64,000 bases of DNA. Origin: Leptospira sp. Lineage in GTDB: Bacteria > Spirochaetota > Leptospiria > Leptospirales > Leptospiraceae. The stretch is from assembly GCA_034439575.1 (NCBI GenBank), contig JAWXAQ010000002.1, positions 128,001-192,000 on the forward strand. The letters are read 5' to 3'. This document shows positions 1-10,500 of the stretch, piece after piece. The position numbers and the translations under genes are program-made. The first letter of the stretch is position 1, and every line of letters starts with the position of its first letter. The notes beneath the pieces are model-generated. The model searched no databases. It was given only the letters and a program-made list of their open reading frames with translations, and was not told where the DNA came from.

Positions 1-501
1 AGGGAGTGCGATCATTAAATTTTTATACAACTCTGCTAATTGGCAAGAAAGTTCAAGCGAAGTCAAATTCCCTTGTGACATGAGTTGGCCCCAAGCCCAT
101 TCCACGGGACCACCCATTTCCGCTGACAGACGGCTAAAAAAACTGTAAGATTGATCAATGTCGTGAATGGCTTTTGACTCATTCGAGTCTATGGCGAGTA
201 GGTCATGCAAAAATGTAGGAATCTTTTTTGCGAGAGAATGTGAATAAACAGAAAGAGCCATGCGATGGTGACCGTAGCCCATCCGGATTGAACCTACAAT
301 CAGTCCTTTTCCAATTTGAGTTCCATCAGAAGAATTTTTTATGAGAGATAGACCTGGGTAAATCGCTGAAGGTTCAAGTCCGAGACCCACGGGACGATCT
401 GCGACGATATTATATTTTTTCTGAAGGAAGATTCGTGTGAGGTTAGCAGATTGTTTGGATATATAGCCTGCGCTGAGGCCAAAAAGAGGTTCCCGATTCA
501 T
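1..501 (-). CDS. Partial CDS (runs off window); glycosyltransferase-B-like protein with GYGHH motif
   Basis: Not in ORF track. Hand translation from ATG at 501 gives MNREPLFGLSAGYISKQ...IVGSIRMGYGHHRMALSVYS..., open to base 1. The G-x-G-H motif resembles the GT28/MGDG-synthase N-terminus. Confidence 0.6.
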   Translation of the reverse strand, partial: MNREPLFGLSAGYISKQSANLTRIFLQKKYNIVADRPVGLGLEPSAIYPGLSLIKNSSDGTQIGKGLIVGSIRMGYGHHRMALSVYSHSLAKKIPTFLHDLLAIDSNESKAIHDIDQSYSFFSRLSAEMGGPVEWAWGQLMSQGNLTSLELSCQLAELYKNLMIALP

Positions 502-590
502 TCCGAGATCATACTCTGTGAACCATTCTCTTTCAAGTTTATTTTGAATTCGTGGCTGACACTTAGGTAAATTTATGGCTTTCTGGCTTC

Positions 591-1772
591 ATGGAACAAG
601 TTTTTATTCTCGGCGGACTGAGATCCGCTTTTGGTAGTTTTGGTGGCTCATTGAAGGATATGAGCGCTGTTGATTTGGGTGTAGAAGTGACGAAGGCAGC
701 ACTTTCAAAAGTCGGTATAGACCCGAACCTTATTGAAGAATCAATTTTTGGAAATGTGATTCCAACAGGAAAAGAAGGAATTTATTTAGCACGCCATATT
801 GGTTTGAAATCTGGTATGCCAGTCGCGATTCCTGCGCTTACTTTAAATAGGTTATGCGGTTCGGGAATGGAAACTGTCATCCAAGCGGCTAAGAAAATTA
901 TGTTAGGGGAAGCACATACAGTTCTTGCTGGTGGAGTCGAATCCATGAGTAACGCTCCATATGTTGTGCGTAATGCGAGATTTGGAGTTCGTTATGGAAA
1001 TACGGAATTTGAAGATTCTTTAGCGCAAGGTCTAACCGATATTTATGTAGAACTGCCAATGGGAATGACTGCTGAAAATCTAGCTGACCAATACAAAATC
1101 TCTCGTCAAGAACAAGATGATTGGGCCGCGATTTCACAAGAAAGAGCTGAAATAGCGACAAACAATGGTATTCTTAAAGAAGAAATTCATGCGATCACCA
1201 TCGCTGGAAAAACTCCAATCGTATTTGATAAAGATGAATTTATCAAAGGTAAGGCGAGTGCCGCAAAACTTGCTGGATTAAAACCTGCATTTAAAAAAGA
1301 CGGAACTGTGACAGCAGGAAATGCATCAGGTATCAATGATGGTGCTTCTGCTCTCATCGTTGCTTCTGAAAGTCAGGCAAAAAAATTAGGTAAAGAACCC
1401 TTAGCAATCGTTAAAGGATGGGGGCAAGTAGGTTGTGATCCTGCAAAAATGGGAATTGGTCCTGCTATAGCGATTCCAATCGCATTACAGAAAGCTGGAA
1501 TCACATTGAAGGATGTAGGGCTTATTGAAGTTAACGAAGCATTTGCGGCTCAATACTTAGCAGTTCAAAAAGAACTGGGTCTTGATCCCAAAATTACCAA
1601 CGTTAATGGCGGTGCAATCGCTATCGGACATCCGCTCGGTGCATCAGGAAATCGTGTCACTTTAACACTTGCACTAGAAATGAAAAGACGCGGCGTAAAA
1701 TACGGTGTCGCCTCACTTTGCATTGGTGGTGGACAAGGAATCGCGATCGTATTAGAAAATCCCAAAGCTTAA
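591..1772 (+). CDS. Acetyl-CoA C-acetyltransferase (thiolase)
   Basis: NRLCGSG active-site Cys, [13 protein letters not shown] and CIGGGQG motifs. Confidence 0.97.
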   Translation: MEQVFILGGLRSAFGSFGGSLKDMSAVDLGVEVTKAALSKVGIDPNLIEESIFGNVIPTGKEGIYLARHIGLKSGMPVAIPALTLNRLCGSGMETVIQAAKKIMLGEAHTVLAGGVESMSNAPYVVRNARFGVRYGNTEFEDSLAQGLTDIYVELPMGMTAENLADQYKISRQEQDDWAAISQERAEIATNNGILKEEIHAITIAGKTPIVFDKDEFIKGKASAAKLAGLKPAFKKDGTVTAGNASGINDGASALIVASESQAKKLGKEPLAIVKGWGQVGCDPAKMGIGPAIAIPIALQKAGITLKDVGLIEVNEAFAAQYLAVQKELGLDPKITNVNGGAIAIGHPLGASGNRVTLTLALEMKRRGVKYGVASLCIGGGQGIAIVLENPKA

Positions 1773-3388
1773 TGTATTTACTCTTCCCAGGTAGGCATCA
1801 CCTTTTAACAAGGTTCCAACATGAATATATCCGCATGTTGGAAAAAAATGGCCTCTGGGAAGCTGTAGACATCAACGGAAAACCTATCGGAGTTTCGGCT
1901 CTGATAACTTGCCTTGTATTTGCAGTTACTTCTGCGAATCACCACCAAACAAGAAGAAATCCCCTTCCTCTTTATCAGAGGGCGATGATGATTCAAGATT
2001 TTTCCTCAGATTTTTCCTTTCCATCCTATCTAGTCCCTATAGATGACATTGGCCAATCAGATAATTTTGCAGAATATACTTTAAAAAAAATAGAAGCAGA
2101 TACTGAATCGAACTTCTCACTTAACAAGGATAATACTATTGTTTTGTGTTCGTCCCCAGTTATGAAATACTACCAAGAATTAGGATTTCGAATTCTTCCT
2201 GTAGAAAGGTTACCTGGGATATCGGAAAATTTTGTCACCAAACAACCTTGGCAAATCTTGGAAGAAATTGCCTTAAGCGAAACACAAGAAAAAGTAAATG
2301 ATATCTATTCTAAATATGTTCATCCAGCAACTAAAAGATTGTGGACTGAATATGGCATAGTAAATCGTATTAGGTTTCTTTTTAAAGATAATCTAATCGG
2401 AGATGATGGTGATTTGACTGAATCCAGAGACTATAACACTTATGTCCGCGAAATGGATGAAATCGCCGAACTTAAATTTAACGAAACCAAAGAATTTATT
2501 CGACCAGGTCGTATTGGTGATATCGGCTGTGCTGTCGGTTCTTGGATTAAATTAGCCACCGAAGAACCAAGTTTATTTGAAAGTGATTTTTATGGTGTAG
2601 AAATTGCACGAAAACTTTTTGATATTTGCCAACAACGTAAAGAGAATGGTGACTTCCAAAATACAAATATATTTTTTTTAAGAAAAAATGCAGTCACTGG
2701 CCTCGTGTTTCCAAAAAATTCTATGAGAACAATTCATACTTCATCGTTAACTCATGAAATAGAATCTTATGGAAGTAGAGAAAATTTACTTTCTTTTATT
2801 AAAAATAGATACGATGAATTGTTAGATGGTGGCGTTTGGATCAATAGAGATGTGCTTGGCCCTGAAAACAAAGATGAAATCGTATATCTTTGGTTAAATG
2901 ATACCGATGGTCTTAATGAAATTCTACCTTCAGATTTTGTGGATAAAAATTTAAAAAAACAATATCTGGATTCACTTTCAACATACTCCCGTTTTTTTAT
3001 ATTTCAAAATGAATTTCGTAAGAAACATAATTATAATCTTTCCTTTACTCAAATTGAAATCGAAGGAAAAAAATATTTAAAACTGAAACTTAAAGACGCA
3101 TGCGAGTTTCTTTCAAAAAAAGATTATACTGACAATTGGGATAGTGAAATGCATGAATCCTTTTGTTTTTGGTCATTCTCTGAATGGAAAGAGGCAATGC
3201 GACAAAATGGTTTTCAAATTCTTGCTGGATCTTCGGCATATGCTAATCCATGGATCATTGAAAATCGCTATGTCTCTAAAGCAGAAATTTATACAACAAT
3301 TTCAAATAACCCTACCCAAAATGCCGATCTTATACGTATACCATTCCCGGTTACGAATATGCTTTTGGTTGGGGTAAAACAGGGTTGA
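1772..3388 (+). CDS. Fusion: NadM/cytidylyltransferase-like nucleotidyltransferase-fold domain + class I SAM-dependent methyltransferase
   Basis: Start reassigned to ATG 1772 (TAATG overlap with thiolase stop). N-term LFPGRHHLLT and TSANHHQTRRNPLPLYQRAMMI resemble NMNAT GRFQPFH / SAQxSHTxxNPFTxxERxxMI. C-term has IGDIGCAVGS (motif I) and FYGVEI. Confidence 0.7.
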   Translation: MYLLFPGRHHLLTRFQHEYIRMLEKNGLWEAVDINGKPIGVSALITCLVFAVTSANHHQTRRNPLPLYQRAMMIQDFSSDFSFPSYLVPIDDIGQSDNFAEYTLKKIEADTESNFSLNKDNTIVLCSSPVMKYYQELGFRILPVERLPGISENFVTKQPWQILEEIALSETQEKVNDIYSKYVHPATKRLWTEYGIVNRIRFLFKDNLIGDDGDLTESRDYNTYVREMDEIAELKFNETKEFIRPGRIGDIGCAVGSWIKLATEEPSLFESDFYGVEIARKLFDICQQRKENGDFQNTNIFFLRKNAVTGLVFPKNSMRTIHTSSLTHEIESYGSRENLLSFIKNRYDELLDGGVWINRDVLGPENKDEIVYLWLNDTDGLNEILPSDFVDKNLKKQYLDSLSTYSRFFIFQNEFRKKHNYNLSFTQIEIEGKKYLKLKLKDACEFLSKKDYTDNWDSEMHESFCFWSFSEWKEAMRQNGFQILAGSSAYANPWIIENRYVSKAEIYTTISNNPTQNADLIRIPFPVTNMLLVGVKQG

Positions 3389-6300
3389 ACCCAGAAATTG
3401 TCAGACATGCAGAAAACATAAAAAAAGTTTTCAAAAACAATTATCTTTTCGCCGACTTACAAGCGCAAGAGTTGGAAGAGATATATCCCTTCTTAGAAAT
3501 AAAAGTTTTTCGTGCCGGCCAATCCATCATCAAAGCGGGCCAAGGTACAAAGTTCATACACTTTGTGTTAAGTGGTAAAATCGGTATCCGATCCGCCGAC
3601 AAAGACGGTTCTCAAAAATTATTAGGCCAATTGGTAAAAGGAGAATCGATCGGTGAGAGATTATCTTTAACTGGTAAAACATCAGGACAAAACTATTTTG
3701 CATTGGAACCATTAGTATTAGTCATACTTCCTGTCACATCATTTCGAAAAATTATCAATAAATTTCCTTATATTGAAGATAGAGCAAAACATAGAGAAGA
3801 AGAACAAGAAAAGTTTCATTCCGTACGAAAACTTAGTTTTTTTCAAGAATTGGATCCAGAAGAAATAAGAAGTGTTTTGAAAGTCATAGAAACAATTTCT
3901 TGTGATACAAATGAATATTTATTTCATGAGGGCGATGAAGGAAATGCTGCCTATATAATCAAAACGGGAAAGATCCATATCCGAACGGAAAATCCCAAGA
4001 AATTAATTTCGATTATGAAACCGGGAGATATCCTCGGCGAAATTGCAATATTTCGAAAACAAAAAAGACTAGCTTCAGCTCTTGCCGCAGAACCATCGAT
4101 AGTTTATAAAATTCCTGGCGAATCTATAAAAAAATTATTAGGTGAATCGAAGGGAGGTAAACTTGAAGAAATTGTACAAGCTCGCCTCTTAAGGTATTCG
4201 ACATATAAAGCAAAAGAAAAAGAAGAGGAAACCTTAAAACCATTTGAATCAAAAAGATTCACCTTAAGACAAGGAGTGAATCAAATCATAGTCGATGAAG
4301 TTACCACAGAGTCTCCTATGTTAGTTGGTTTGGCTTGTGCAGAAATTGCTCTTCGAAATTATGATAAACCTCTGCCACCTAATTGGAAAATTCGAATTAA
4401 AAACGAATTATCCAGAAATCGAATGCCAGGCATATTTGAACTCGCAATCGAACTTGAAAAAATTGGATTTTTAACAAAACAATTGAGAATCCGTCCAAGC
4501 CAACTTGAGGATGTTAATTTTCCCTTTTTTGTAACAGATGAAGAAAATATACCTACTGCAATATATGCCATTGATGAAGATGAAGGGGGTGTCCTTCTTT
4601 CTCATCCATTGAAAGGAATTATAGAAATGGATCTCAAAACATTTTTACTTTCTTGGGACGGCATAATCCTGACTTTCATTCCATCACCTCCGGCAATGAT
4701 GGCAGATACAGGGCTATTTAGTTTTGTAAAAGAGATGAGGTCATTGTTTCGTCCTCATCAATCAGAACTTAGGTGGATATTCTCGACTACTCTAATTTCG
4801 GCAATCCTCGCTTTGTCTTTTCCCTATTTTCTTAGAGAAGTAGTAGATAAGGTATTGGTTTTTTCTGATCACAATTTTTTATTCACACTCTCTGCAGGCG
4901 TTGGCATCTCAATTATTTTCCAAGGATTCTTTTCTCTATTTAGAAATCTCCTCATGATGGGGGTTATGCAAAGATTAGAATATACTTTTCTTGTTCGCTT
5001 CTTTCAGCATATCCTTCGTCTGTCCTTGCCTGAGTTTAAAAAATTTGAGCCAAGTGATTATACGCAAAGGTTAAAGGAAAATCAAAAAATTCTCGAAATG
5101 GCTTCCCGAGCTGGAGTTTCACTATTACTTGATATAGTTATATTACCGATTTTTTTGACCGTACTACTTGTTTCTGATTTTCAACTGACATTAATTGGAG
5201 TAACATTTTTAATATTATATGCATTAATCGTAGTTAGAGTGTCTGCAAAAATAAGAGCACTCTCAGAACATACGTTTGAGTCAAAACGAAAAACTGTATC
5301 ATTTTTATTATCCCTGATTAGTGGGATCAGTATCATAAAAACTTCCACTCAAGAAACAATGTATCTGCTTAAAGGTATGAACGAAATTTCGAGAACCTTG
5401 TTATCAGTGTTTCGTGTGAATAAACGAACAAATTTTTTGCAATTTATGGGAAAGTTTTTTGAACAGATAGGAACACTTGCTGTTATGGGTTTTGGCATTT
5501 CTTCCGTTTTAGAAGAAAAAATTACTTTAGGAACCTATCTCGGCTTTCAAGTACTATTCGGCTTACTAATTGAACCTATCATCAGAATTTGTCGTATTTA
5601 TGATGATATTTTAGAAATGAGAGAATCAAGAAAAAGGTTAATGGAGATTTATTCTCTACCTGGAGAAGTGAATAGTATACGACCGTTTGGTGAATTGCCT
5701 CGTTTAGCAGGAAAAATACGATTAGAGAATGTTAGTTTTAGATATCAGGATTCTGAACCTGAAGTCATATCAAATATCAACATTGAAATACTAGCTGGTG
5801 AAAAAGTATCTATTGTCGGAAGAAGTGGTAGTGGCAAATCGACATTACTTAGATTGATGATGGGTACCTTGACCCCAATTGAAGGTAAAGTTTTAATTGA
5901 TTCTTTTGACTTATCCACTTTAGACCCAGAAGAATTAAGAATACAGTTTGGTGTTGTAGAGCAAACAGCTGTTTTGTTTTCTGGAACCATTGCGGAAAAT
6001 TTGTGTAAAAAAAATCCATCACTTTCCAGAGAGGCTATGCTTGCAGGAGCAAAACTAGCAGCTGTCGATCGATTTGTAGATAGATTTCCTTTTGGATATG
6101 AAACAAAACTTGGGGAAGGTGGTATCGGGCTGTCGGGTGGTCAAAAACAAAGACTAACGATTGCTAGGGCTCTCGTGACGAATCCAGCTATTTTATTTTT
6201 AGATGAGCCTACATCTGCTTTAGATGCAGAGTCTGAATCTTTCGTACAAAGCCAATGGGAAAGTATGTTTATAGATCGAACCGTAGTACAGGTATCACAT

Positions 6301-6459
6301 CGATTGCACTCTACTGTAACAGCAGATAAAATCATTGTCATGGATCATGGTAAAATTGTAGAAGTGGGGAGTCATTCTGAGTTAATTAATGCCAAGGGTT
6401 TTTATTATCAATTATTTCCAACCAATGAGGTAAATCAAAATGAATCTGAAAAAATTTAA
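3385..6459 (+). CDS. HlyB/PCAT-type ABC transporter with two N-terminal cNMP-binding domains and C39-like domain
   Basis: Two CAP-like repeats (LFHEGDEGNAAYIIKTG...GEIAIF...RLASA), GLACAEIAL C39-like segment, TM region, GRSGSGKST, LSGGQKQR, LFLDEPT, SHRL. TTG start overlaps upstream TGA. Confidence 0.9.
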   Translation: MNPEIVRHAENIKKVFKNNYLFADLQAQELEEIYPFLEIKVFRAGQSIIKAGQGTKFIHFVLSGKIGIRSADKDGSQKLLGQLVKGESIGERLSLTGKTSGQNYFALEPLVLVILPVTSFRKIINKFPYIEDRAKHREEEQEKFHSVRKLSFFQELDPEEIRSVLKVIETISCDTNEYLFHEGDEGNAAYIIKTGKIHIRTENPKKLISIMKPGDILGEIAIFRKQKRLASALAAEPSIVYKIPGESIKKLLGESKGGKLEEIVQARLLRYSTYKAKEKEEETLKPFESKRFTLRQGVNQIIVDEVTTESPMLVGLACAEIALRNYDKPLPPNWKIRIKNELSRNRMPGIFELAIELEKIGFLTKQLRIRPSQLEDVNFPFFVTDEENIPTAIYAIDEDEGGVLLSHPLKGIIEMDLKTFLLSWDGIILTFIPSPPAMMADTGLFSFVKEMRSLFRPHQSELRWIFSTTLISAILALSFPYFLREVVDKVLVFSDHNFLFTLSAGVGISIIFQGFFSLFRNLLMMGVMQRLEYTFLVRFFQHILRLSLPEFKKFEPSDYTQRLKENQKILEMASRAGVSLLLDIVILPIFLTVLLVSDFQLTLIGVTFLILYALIVVRVSAKIRALSEHTFESKRKTVSFLLSLISGISIIKTSTQETMYLLKGMNEISRTLLSVFRVNKRTNFLQFMGKFFEQIGTLAVMGFGISSVLEEKITLGTYLGFQVLFGLLIEPIIRICRIYDDILEMRESRKRLMEIYSLPGEVNSIRPFGELPRLAGKIRLENVSFRYQDSEPEVISNINIEILAGEKVSIVGRSGSGKSTLLRLMMGTLTPIEGKVLIDSFDLSTLDPEELRIQFGVVEQTAVLFSGTIAENLCKKNPSLSREAMLAGAKLAAVDRFVDRFPFGYETKLGEGGIGLSGGQKQRLTIARALVTNPAILFLDEPTSALDAESESFVQSQWESMFIDRTVVQVSHRLHSTVTADKIIVMDHGKIVEVGSHSELINAKGFYYQLFPTNEVNQNESEKI

Positions 6460-7540
6460 ATCTTTACGTGAATCAGATTCAAATTGGGAGTCCATGCATT
6501 CATCATCATATTATGATGAACTACTAAAGCATCCAGCTCCAAATTGGAATCAGAGAGGTATATTCTTAATCACTTTCTTTTTTCTTATATTTCTAGTATA
6601 TTTAATTTTCGGAAAGGTAGATATCATTATTCCTTCCTTTGGAACCTTGCGTCCAAAAGGAAATTATTATGTGGCTGAAGCTTTAGAGACGGGAACAGTC
6701 ACGAATATTTATGCAAAACCAGGTGATTTTATCAAAAAAGGAGAACCTCTAGTAGAACTCGAATTTTCAGAACAACAAATTGAGTTATCTAAAGACTCGA
6801 ACAATTTGCAATATGAGGAAGTTCGTCTGCGAAGGTTAATTCAAAACAGAAGAGAAGCAGAAAAAATATTAAAGAACTTAGATTCTAACTTAGAAACGAA
6901 TCCTGGATCTGAATTATCAGGTATGTTATTAAATAAGTTTGTATCTTTAAAAAAAGCCTATATGGATTTCAAAAATGGCATAGGGGCAAAATTTTTATAT
7001 GATCAAAGTTTATTGGAATTCAACGAAGAATATATAAATCTAAAAGATGAAATTTTAAAAGAACAAAATACTATTTCTAGTCTTAAGGGAGATACTAAGT
7101 TAAAAAGAGAGCGCGTTGATAATGCAATATTACGTATGCCTTTTTCTGGTTATGTGGGAGCCTTACTTGTAAATAATATAGGACAAAATGTAACGAGAGG
7201 TCAAACCTTGGCTGAGTTAGTTGAAGAAAATCAACCTTTAGAAGCTTTCGTAGAAATTAAAAATAAAGATATTGGAAGTATCAGAGTGGGAATGGATGCG
7301 ATCATTAAAATTAGAGCATTCCATCAAAACGATTTCGGAGTGTTGGATGGCAAAGTGGAACAAATTGTACCAAATGTCAAAGAAAAGGATACTTTTTCAG
7401 TTGTATTATCTATCAAGGAACAATCACTCAAACAAAATAATGAAGAGTTTCATCTATTTCCAGGATTAAAAGTAGAGGCAGATATCATAACCAATCGTAG
7501 TCGTCTATTTGAAGTTTTGTTCTTCCGAGCTAAAATATAA
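6440..7540 (+). CDS. HlyD-family membrane fusion (periplasmic adaptor) protein
   Basis: Single N-term TM helix, lipoyl half-motifs (GTVTNIYAKPGDFIKKGEPLV; LRMPFSGYV), coiled coil, FPGLKVEADI C-term. Confidence 0.92.
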   Translation: MNLKKFKSLRESDSNWESMHSSSYYDELLKHPAPNWNQRGIFLITFFFLIFLVYLIFGKVDIIIPSFGTLRPKGNYYVAEALETGTVTNIYAKPGDFIKKGEPLVELEFSEQQIELSKDSNNLQYEEVRLRRLIQNRREAEKILKNLDSNLETNPGSELSGMLLNKFVSLKKAYMDFKNGIGAKFLYDQSLLEFNEEYINLKDEILKEQNTISSLKGDTKLKRERVDNAILRMPFSGYVGALLVNNIGQNVTRGQTLAELVEENQPLEAFVEIKNKDIGSIRVGMDAIIKIRAFHQNDFGVLDGKVEQIVPNVKEKDTFSVVLSIKEQSLKQNNEEFHLFPGLKVEADIITNRSRLFEVLFFRAKI

Positions 7541-7548
7541 ATATTCCT

Positions 7549-10500
7549 ATGGAAAGTATTAGCGATGCTTTAAAAAAAGAATTACTTCAAGAAGATATTA
7601 TTAATCATCTTACTTCAGAAGAATTTAAAACGTTCATAGAATTATTTAAACAAAGAACACTTACCACTAACGAAAGAATTGAAAGCAAAGGAACTTCATC
7701 AGTTCCACTACTTCTTGTTATGTCTGGTAGAATTCAAATTCATTTTCACCAAAATAATAGTGACCTATTCGTAAAATCTTTAACTGAAGGGCAATTTTAC
7801 GGAATCAGTGAGCTTGCTCTTGGATTATTAAATAGTATAACCTTTATTGCAGATGAAAACAGTAGTCTATTATTAATTCCTCAGGATCAATTGTTAGCTT
7901 TCTTTGAAGCTACTCATCATCGTAAAAAGATATGGAATGAGTTTATTGATAATGTAAAATTACGAGATGAACTGAGAATACATCCCTTTTTTAGAAAATT
8001 GGCAAAACACGAATTAGTTGAATTATCGCATTTGGTAATTAAAAGAAATATTTCAAAGGGCAAAGTTTTAATCAAGGAAGGAAGTAAATCAGATTCTTTG
8101 TTTTTTGTTTATTCTGGAAAATTTAAAATTACTAAATCGACTTGGTCGGATAATTTTTTTTCGTTTGTGGAATCAGGTTCAGTGATCGGAGAAATGGGTG
8201 TTATCGAACGCAAAGAAAGAAATGCCACAGTCACCGCAGAAGTGGAAAGTATTGTTTATGAGTTAACAGCGAAAGATGCAGAAACTTTTTTTAAAAAATC
8301 CGAAAGTCTATTTGTTACTCTAAAATCTTTAACTACTAGTAGAAAAATAAATCATGAAGAAAAAGAATCGGAAGAATCTATTACTCACGAATCAGATGAT
8401 TTTTTTGAAGATATCTTACATTTTTTACCTGAAAGTAGTTTCCCTCCGAAAATAAAAAATATTAAATCTTTTCCCATTTTTATTGAAGATTCAAGTGACC
8501 AAACTGCATTTGCTTGTCGCCAAATGTTGTTAGCTTATTGGGGTTATGATAAAAAATTGGAAACCGATGATAATAATTTTCCAAAAACGGATTGGGAAGT
8601 TTCGATGCAACATTGGAAGGATACTTTTTCTGATATAGGACAAACATTGGTCATAGATTTGCTTCGATTTCGAAAGGAACTCGAAAGACGCATATATATA
8701 GTTAGGTGGGAGACGAATAAGTTTGTTATAGTATTGCCCAAAAAAGATAATACTATAAAAATTATAGATCCTTCAACTGGATTCAAAGAAATAACAGAAA
8801 GTGAATGGAATGTAAAGACCGGAAAACATGCTGTTTTATTTATTCCAAAAATAAAACCAAAAATTAACTTAATTCCGTCCTTTGATTATTTTCCTGGTTT
8901 ATATCCGTTTTTTAAACAATATTTGCCGTTTTTATACTCAGGCATACTTGCTACATTTCTAATCAAAGCTTTAGAGATCACTCTTCCTTTAATCAATTTA
9001 TATTTAATTGATAATGTGTTAATCAGAGAAAAACAAGATTTTTTTTATCCCATACTTATTAGTGTAGCAACAATTAGTATTTCTCAAATTGTTCTTTCGT
9101 ATTTTAGAAGTAATGTGGTGAATTTTTCAACAACTAGGGTTAATCAAGCAATAATTATAAGATTCTTAGAAAAACTTTTGTCATTGCCTCTCACTTATTT
9201 TGAAAATCATCGCAAAGGGGAAATATTACAAAGATGGGACGAAATCGAAGGGGTAACGAATTTTTTTTCTGAACAAGGTACATTGAAATTTTTGGATTGG
9301 ATTTTTGGACTTATTGTATTTTTGATTTTTCTTTTTTTATCACCAATACTACTGAGTGTGATCATATTTTTTCTTATACCCGAAATTTATATTGTTTCTC
9401 GATTGAGTCCATTAATAGAAAGAGAAACCAAAAAAGAATCGTTACGATCAGCCGATACATTGAGTTATTTTATAGAGACTATCAACGGAAATGAAACCGT
9501 GAAAAACTTAGGATCTGTTTCTGTCCAACGTTGGGATTTTGAAAAACGATTAACATCTCAATTAAATGCAGAAGGCAAGAGAATGTTTTATACTAATATT
9601 CTCGATTCATCTTCACTTACATTTAAACTTCTAACAAACGTAAGCATTTTGGTATTAGGAACATTTTTAATTTTTCAAAATCAAATTACTTTAGGAACCT
9701 TATTTGGAATCATCGGTTTGATTGCTTACGTTAGATCTCCTATGATTTCGCTAGTACAAGATGGAGTACGATACCAAAAAGCAAAACTAGCCTGGAAACG
9801 ACTTATGGATTGGGAAAAATTGGATTCGGAATATACTTCCCAGTCAAAGATCAGTAAAGTTGAAATTCCAGACATACAAGGTGATTTAGTTTTAAAAGAT
9901 GTTTCATTTAGTTACAAAATTGGAAAACGAAACTTCGAAATACTTAAGTTAAACGTTAAATTTGAAACTGGCAAAAAATACGCTTTTGTTGGTCGAAGTG
10001 GTAGTGGAAAATCTAGCATTGTAAAATTAATCTTAGGTTTATACGAAAGAAGTGATGGAGATATATTGTTAGATGGTGTTTCTATGGAAGAAATTTGGTT
10101 ACCTTCATTTAGGAACCGAGTTGGAGTTTTATTCCAAGAAAATCCAATTCTCCTTGGGACGATTAGAGAAAATATTACACTGGCCCGACCAGATTCGACT
10201 TTATCCGAAGTAGTTGAAGCATCCAAGTTGGCATTGTTTCATGAAGATGTCATTGCATTACCGTTAGGTTATGATACCGAGCTTAGCGAAAAAGGAGTCA
10301 TTCTTTCAGCTGGCCAAAAACAAAAATTAGCTTTTGCTAGGTTATTTTTGCAGAAGCCATCGCTTTTGGTTTTGGATGAGCCAACTTCATCGATGGATAG
10401 TGAATCTGAAGCAAAAATATTTTCAAATTTGCATCGTGTCTTTTCGGATAAAACAATCATCACAGTGGCGCACAGGTTAGAAACCGTTAGAAGATATGAT

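Noticed and set aside
1718-1771. ORF-track N-terminal extension (MHWWWTRN...) of the NTase/MTase gene
   Set aside because: It overlaps the thiolase C-terminus; the conserved-looking sequence starts at ATG 1772 with a TAATG coupling.
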